Assembly (NCBI GenBank): GCA_037443685.1
Contig: JBBINX010000005.1
Span: forward strand, 1 to 62,380
Length of the DNA stretch: 62,380 nt
Direction of reading: 5' to 3'
Origin: Ignavibacteriales bacterium
GTDB taxonomy: Bacteria > Bacteroidota > Ignavibacteria > UBA10030 > BY39
Shown: positions 58,440 through 62,380 of the stretch, piece after piece
How positions within the stretch are numbered: position 1 is the first letter of the stretch
How the letters are laid out: the number at the start of each line of letters is the position of its first letter
Notes under the pieces: generated by a model
What the model was told of the DNA's origin: nothing
The model's input: only the letters and a program-made list of their open reading frames with translations
Database searches by the model: none
Program-made: the position numbers and the translations under genes

Positions 58440-59195
58440 TTGTCTATTCGACTTCAACAAATATTGATTCTACTCCAGTTAATTATACTGAGTAATTTGA
58501 ACTGTGGTAGAAATGACCCTGGAGATACACCTACTATTCAGTCGATTAGTCCGATTGCAGTTTATAATTTGAATATTCCGGAACCATCCGGCTTAGTTTT
58601 TAACACAAAAGATTCCACTTTTTACACCGTTTCCGATGGAGTGGGCGGCGCTATTTATCAAATATCAATCGACGGGCAAATTGTAAATACTTATTCAGTA
58701 AACGGTAATGATATGGAGGGGATAACATTCTCAGATAATTACGACACCCTGTATGTTGCCGAAGAAGGTTCCCGCCAGATTATTAAATATAGTACGACCG
58801 GGATAAAGATTTCTCCTATTAATGTTTCAGGCACAAATTCATACAATAACGGTTTAGAAGGGATTGCAGTTAAAGGCAATTCCTTTTTTGTTGTAAACGA
58901 GAAAAGCCCCGCAGCATTCATCGAGCTTAATTTGCAGGGTGAAAAACTGTATGAAGTTAATATCTCCTATGCTCTAGATTTATCCGATATATGTTATGAC
59001 CCTGTAGAAGATATTATATGGCTTGTGAGCCACGAGTCGCAATCGCTTTTTAAGATTAGCTTAGCAGGTCAACTGATTAAGCAATGGAAAATCCCTGTCG
59101 TTCAACCCGAAGGTGTTACGATAGTGAATGGTCGTTTTGTATATATTGTTTGTGATAAAGAAGCAAAGTTATATGTTTTTAATAAACCAATATAG
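58440..59195 (+). CDS. SdiA-regulated/YjiK-like six-bladed beta-propeller lipoprotein
   Basis: EPSGLVFNTKDSTFYTVSDG...NGNDMEGITF...LYVAEEGSRQIIKY...NNGLEGIAV..F.VVNEKSP...DLSDICYDP....IWLVSHESQ.LFK....QPEGVT. Proposed TTG start gives MSIRLQQILILLQLIILSNLNCG. The ORF-track N-terminus (58317-58439) is translated repeat element. Confidence 0.65.
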   Translation: MSIRLQQILILLQLIILSNLNCGRNDPGDTPTIQSISPIAVYNLNIPEPSGLVFNTKDSTFYTVSDGVGGAIYQISIDGQIVNTYSVNGNDMEGITFSDNYDTLYVAEEGSRQIIKYSTTGIKISPINVSGTNSYNNGLEGIAVKGNSFFVVNEKSPAAFIELNLQGEKLYEVNISYALDLSDICYDPVEDIIWLVSHESQSLFKISLAGQLIKQWKIPVVQPEGVTIVNGRFVYIVCDKEAKLYVFNKPI

Positions 59196-59211
59196 CGCTC
59201 ATATTAAATCC

Positions 59212-59300
59212 CCCGAAGGCTATCATTACTTCATCTCAGAAAACCTTCGGGAGGTTGCCAACTTCTTCGCGCTCTTTGCGATATCTCAGCGCACTTTGCG
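59212..59300. repeat. Hairpin plus direct-repeat element (ctttgcg family)
   Basis: cccgaagg (59212-59219) / ccttcggg (59244-59251) 8-bp stem, then direct 12-mers gcgctctttgcg (59269-59280) and gcgcactttgcg (59289-59300). Confidence 0.5.
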
Positions 59301-60858
59301 GTTATATCATTATAAAAAATTACAAAAAATTTCAATAGTGTTTTTAATAACATCATCGGTTGTATTTAACCAGAACAACCCAACGGCTTTCGATTTATCA
59401 GGCGGAAATTATTCATTCACTTACTGGGATAGTTTAGCCCCTGCAGGCACTTATCCCGCCAATATGATTTTTCATTTAACCGATACACAAGATCCGGGAT
59501 TAACTGTTCAGATGACCGATAATTATACAGCCGCTTATAACTTGACAAGCCAATCGAGGATTAACGGACTCAGAGACGATGGTGTTTCTTTCATTAACAC
59601 TAGCTCGAATGGTTACCTCGGCGCCGCAGTGGTTGCTTTGAATTCTTTGGGCAGGTCTAACATTCAAATAACTTGGACAGCCGGAACTATTACGCCAGCC
59701 GGTGTTGACCGTGTTTATAGATTTCGGTTACAATATCGCGTTGGAACTTCTGCATCATGGATCGATGTACCGGGTCCTGTTGAATACACGGCGAACAGCA
59801 CTGCGGGTCATTCGCAGACATTCGGGCCCACGACTTTACCTTCTGATGCAAACAACAGTCCTATAGTTCAGGTGCGCTGGAAGTATTATAACGTATCAGG
59901 AACCACGGGAACAAGACCCCGACTAAGATTAGATGATATTTCAATTACGAGTTCACAGATAATAGGAGCTACAAAGTTAGCGGTGATAAGCATAAACGGT
60001 GGACAGAGTCCGACTGCTGGTGTACCTTTTAATGTTGTAGTTCAATCGCAGGACGACAGCGGCGTTCCTCAAAACGTTTCTCAGAATACCGGTATTCAAT
60101 TGTCGCTTGAAACCGGTAACGGAGTACTTGGCGGTACTCTCAGCGGAACAATCCTCGCTGGCACAAACAGCGTTACAGTTTCCGGCATAACATACACAAC
60201 ACCGCTGAACGCAATAAATGTTTACAATACCGCTGTGCGCGAACCCTCGGGTTTAGCTTTTAATCCTTCCGATAATACGCTTTATACTGTCTCCGATGGC
60301 TCGAACGGTTCGGTATCTCAGATTTCATTAACAGGGTCAGTCATTCGCACCGTTAATGTGAATGGAAACGATATGGAAGGAATTACAATGCAGACACCTT
60401 TTGATACACTGTTTGTAGTGGAAGAGGGACTGCGGCAAATTGTAAAGTATAGTTTGACGGGCGTAAAATTAGGAACAATTAATGTAAATGTTACAGGACC
60501 CGACAACAACGGATTAGAAGGAATAGCAATTAACCCGACAAGCAAGAATTATTATGTAATAAAGCAAAAAGACCCTCGGTTATTGATTGAGCTTAACTCT
60601 TCTGGAACAGAAATAAAAAGAACCGAAATAACGTTTGCGCCCGATTTATCCGATATTTGTTTCGATTCTGAGCTAAATGTTTTATGGCTTGTAAGCGGCG
60701 AAGCGCAAATGCTTTATAAGATTACGACAGACGGCGTTCTGCTTACTAAATGGAAGCTACCTGTTCAAAAACCCGAAGGTATAGCGGTTGTGCAAAATAA
60801 TTATTTATATATTACTTGCGACTCCACCTGGAAATTATATGTTTTTAATAAGCCGTAA
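59296..60858 (+). CDS. Secreted two-part protein: about 300-aa unknown N-terminal domain(s) + Ig-like segment + SdiA-regulated/YjiK-like propeller
   Basis: The C-terminal 250 aa are paralogous to 58440..59195 (EPSGLAFNPSDNTLYTVSDG, NGNDMEGIT, LFVVEEGLRQIVKY, NNGLEGIAI, DLSDICFDS, LWLVSGEAQ, KPEGIAV). The start is uncertain: ORF-track 59128 overlaps the previous gene and the repeat, and TTG 59296 would give MRLYHYKKLQKISIVFLITSSVVF. Confidence 0.6.
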   Translation: MRLYHYKKLQKISIVFLITSSVVFNQNNPTAFDLSGGNYSFTYWDSLAPAGTYPANMIFHLTDTQDPGLTVQMTDNYTAAYNLTSQSRINGLRDDGVSFINTSSNGYLGAAVVALNSLGRSNIQITWTAGTITPAGVDRVYRFRLQYRVGTSASWIDVPGPVEYTANSTAGHSQTFGPTTLPSDANNSPIVQVRWKYYNVSGTTGTRPRLRLDDISITSSQIIGATKLAVISINGGQSPTAGVPFNVVVQSQDDSGVPQNVSQNTGIQLSLETGNGVLGGTLSGTILAGTNSVTVSGITYTTPLNAINVYNTAVREPSGLAFNPSDNTLYTVSDGSNGSVSQISLTGSVIRTVNVNGNDMEGITMQTPFDTLFVVEEGLRQIVKYSLTGVKLGTINVNVTGPDNNGLEGIAINPTSKNYYVIKQKDPRLLIELNSSGTEIKRTEITFAPDLSDICFDSELNVLWLVSGEAQMLYKITTDGVLLTKWKLPVQKPEGIAVVQNNYLYITCDSTWKLYVFNKP

Positions 60859-60972
60859 AAGATTGCATTTGATTTGGAGATGTTATAAATTAAATACACA
60901 ACTAATGTCAAAATAATGGACTAAATAGTTCCGCCAATTTTTATAATTTGAAACCTCTGAAAAATAGAAAGC

Positions 60973-61056
60973 AGAACACGGATGAACACTGATTCAGCGG
61001 ATCAGCACAGATAATAATCCGTGTATATCCGTCAAATTCGCGTTTTTCTGTGTTCT
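60973..61056. repeat. Structured MITE-like intergenic repeat, copy B
   Basis: agaacacgg / ctgtgttct outer IR, cacggat / atccgtg inner IR, ctgat..atcag hairpin. The 13-mer agaacacggatga is identical to 58308-58320. Confidence 0.6.
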
Positions 61057-61214
61057 ATTAAAATTATTCATTTCTTACAGATTTAATTTTTTAGAAGTCT
61101 CAATTTTTTAATTTTGAATTGTTTCAGTATTAAGCAGACTAATTAACCAATAACTAATTAACAATAAACAACTAACAAAAAATATCCGCCTCAGGCGGAA
61201 AAAGGAGTAATGTT

Positions 61215-62380
61215 ATGAAAAACTTATATTATCTTTTTATTATCATAGTTGTTGGCTTAGCACTAAGCACAACGACTCTGAGCGACGACTTCACGATTTA
61301 CAATCTTGTTGTTTTACGAGTTGGCGATGGTTCTGCGGCTCTTTCCAGTGCAGCAACCCAAACATTTATCGATGAGTACACAAAGGCTGGAACGCTTGTA
61401 CGATCATTACCTAATCCGCTTAATATGACTAACTCAGGGACTGCTACAAGTGAAGGCGGACTTTTACGTTCTGTTGACGGAAAACATATCTCTTGGGCTT
61501 GCTATAGGGCTTATGTAGGTACTTTATCAGTAGCAGGTACAGCATCTTCAACAGTTAATAGAGTAGCTGCATTAATGAATTATAAAACTGTTATAGACAC
61601 CTCAACAAAGTTAACCGATGCATATAGTACTAACAATATTCGTAGCGCCATATACGATGGTGGAGATTCAATTTGGTTAGCAGGTACTGGTACAAATCCA
61701 GGTGTTAGATATGCTGCAAAAGGAGCTACAACATCAACCCAACTATCAACCAGTGTAACTAATATCAGAACGGTTGGAATATATAACGGACAACTTTATT
61801 GTGGATCGGCTTCAGGAGCTTTCCAGGGTGTAAGCTCTGTAGGCACAGGACTTCCAACTACAAGTGGTCAAACAATAACTATTCTGCCTGGCTTTCCAAC
61901 TACATCAGGTCCTAGTCCTTATGGTTTTGTGATGAATGCTGCTGGAAATGTAATTTATGTTGCAGATGATCGTACAACTGCCAGCGGAGGTGGGATACAA
62001 AAATGGACATTAAGTGCAGGTACTTGGAGTTTGACATATACTTTAAATAGTGGTCTTACTGCTGGTTGCCGTGCTTTAACAGTTGATTGGTTTGGCACAT
62101 ATCCGATTATATATGCTATTCAAGCTAGTTCTCCAACGACAATAGTAAAAGTAACTGATCAAGGTGCCTCTTCAGCATTTACTGTACTGGCAACTTCGCC
62201 GGAAAACACTGCATTTCGTGGTATAGCATGGACGCCCACTTTAAGTGGTGCAGTGCCTGTCCAGCTCGCATCGTTTGTAGGTAATTTTATAAGTAATAAC
62301 CAAGCTAAATTAGATTGGTCAACAATCAGTGAAATCAACAACTTCGGCTTTTATGTCCAGAAGTACAACGGAACAGATTA
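61215..62380 (+). CDS. Secreted hypothetical protein, 3'-truncated by the window edge (not in the ORF track)
   Basis: AAAGGAG at 61201-61207, ATG 61215, signal peptide MKNLYYLFIIIVVGLALSTTTLS. The frame is open for 388 codons to the window end. Ser/Thr/Gly-rich beta-propeller-like repeats. Ends in VPVQLASFVGNFISNNQAKLDWSTISEINNFGFYVQK, a module commonly seen upstream of C-terminal sorting domains in this group. Confidence 0.7.
   Translation, partial: MKNLYYLFIIIVVGLALSTTTLSDDFTIYNLVVLRVGDGSAALSSAATQTFIDEYTKAGTLVRSLPNPLNMTNSGTATSEGGLLRSVDGKHISWACYRAYVGTLSVAGTASSTVNRVAALMNYKTVIDTSTKLTDAYSTNNIRSAIYDGGDSIWLAGTGTNPGVRYAAKGATTSTQLSTSVTNIRTVGIYNGQLYCGSASGAFQGVSSVGTGLPTTSGQTITILPGFPTTSGPSPYGFVMNAAGNVIYVADDRTTASGGGIQKWTLSAGTWSLTYTLNSGLTAGCRALTVDWFGTYPIIYAIQASSPTTIVKVTDQGASSAFTVLATSPENTAFRGIAWTPTLSGAVPVQLASFVGNFISNNQAKLDWSTISEINNFGFYVQKYNGTD

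Noticed and set aside
58230-61056. CRISPR array suggested by recurring cacggat / atctgtg motifs
   Set aside because: There is no regular repeat-spacer periodicity. Only two or three dissimilar copies are present, separated by full-length genes, and there are no cas genes.
61186-61198. ccgcctcaggcgg hairpin as a terminator
   Set aside because: The stem is only 5-6 bp. It is flanked by A-runs on the plus strand and lies immediately before the Shine-Dalgarno sequence of the 61215 gene. It may be a minus-strand-oriented or 5'-UTR structure, and the evidence is too weak to call.

Overview
62.4-kb window from a low-GC bacterium. By inference it belongs to the FCB group and is Ignavibacteria-like: many T9SS-type C-terminal sorting domains, PorV/PorQ-like barrels and AT-rich codon usage. 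All calls come from reading the ORF translations and the DNA by eye; no database search was run. I saw no rRNA, tRNA, CRISPR array, transposase or integrase.

**Layout**
- **1-18.9 kb: outer-membrane and surface locus.** A two-gene cassette (very large T9SS-sorted orphan protein plus an adjacent PorV/PorQ-like beta-barrel) occurs twice. One copy is preceded by a TonB-dependent receptor. A third, frameshifted remnant of the large gene lies in a 0.9-kb spacer. The region also holds an M6-metalloprotease/FG-GAP/ASPIC fusion, a pseudo-LmbE protein and an NHL-like protein.
- **19-46.3 kb: tightly packed, almost entirely plus-strand housekeeping genes.** These include ssb, a CNNM/CorC-type protein, sppA, HU/IHF, a 31-codon bS22-like micro-ORF missing from the ORF track, 5'-nucleotidase, an EF-G paralog, HIT, leuS, LPS glycosyltransferases and an O-antigen-ligase-like protein, nadK, radA, rdgB, yjbQ, phzF-like and an Fe-S/CCG oxidoreductase. 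One decayed P-loop NTPase pseudogene interrupts the block at 30.3-31.4 kb.
- **46.6-62.4 kb: candidate phosphorus-acquisition regulon.** A minus-strand operon encodes a PhnD-like binding protein, a histidine kinase and a sigma-54 activator. The activator carries an in-frame TGA at the invariant Gly of its GNIRELEN motif. The divergent intergenic region has four GGCGAT/ATCGCC half-sites and a TGGCAC-N5-TTGA sigma-54-like promoter. That promoter faces a long plus-strand operon: two CYTH proteins, an SLC13 permease, a DUF47/PhoU-like protein, PiT, a phosphate-selective porin and a triple lamin-tail-domain lipoprotein. Two SdiA-regulated/YjiK-like propeller proteins follow, bracketed by structured MITE-like repeats.

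**Best candidates for an uncharacterised system**
1. The receptor + giant T9SS cargo + dedicated PorV-like module.
2. The sigma-54-controlled phosphate locus with its LTD/YjiK surface extension.
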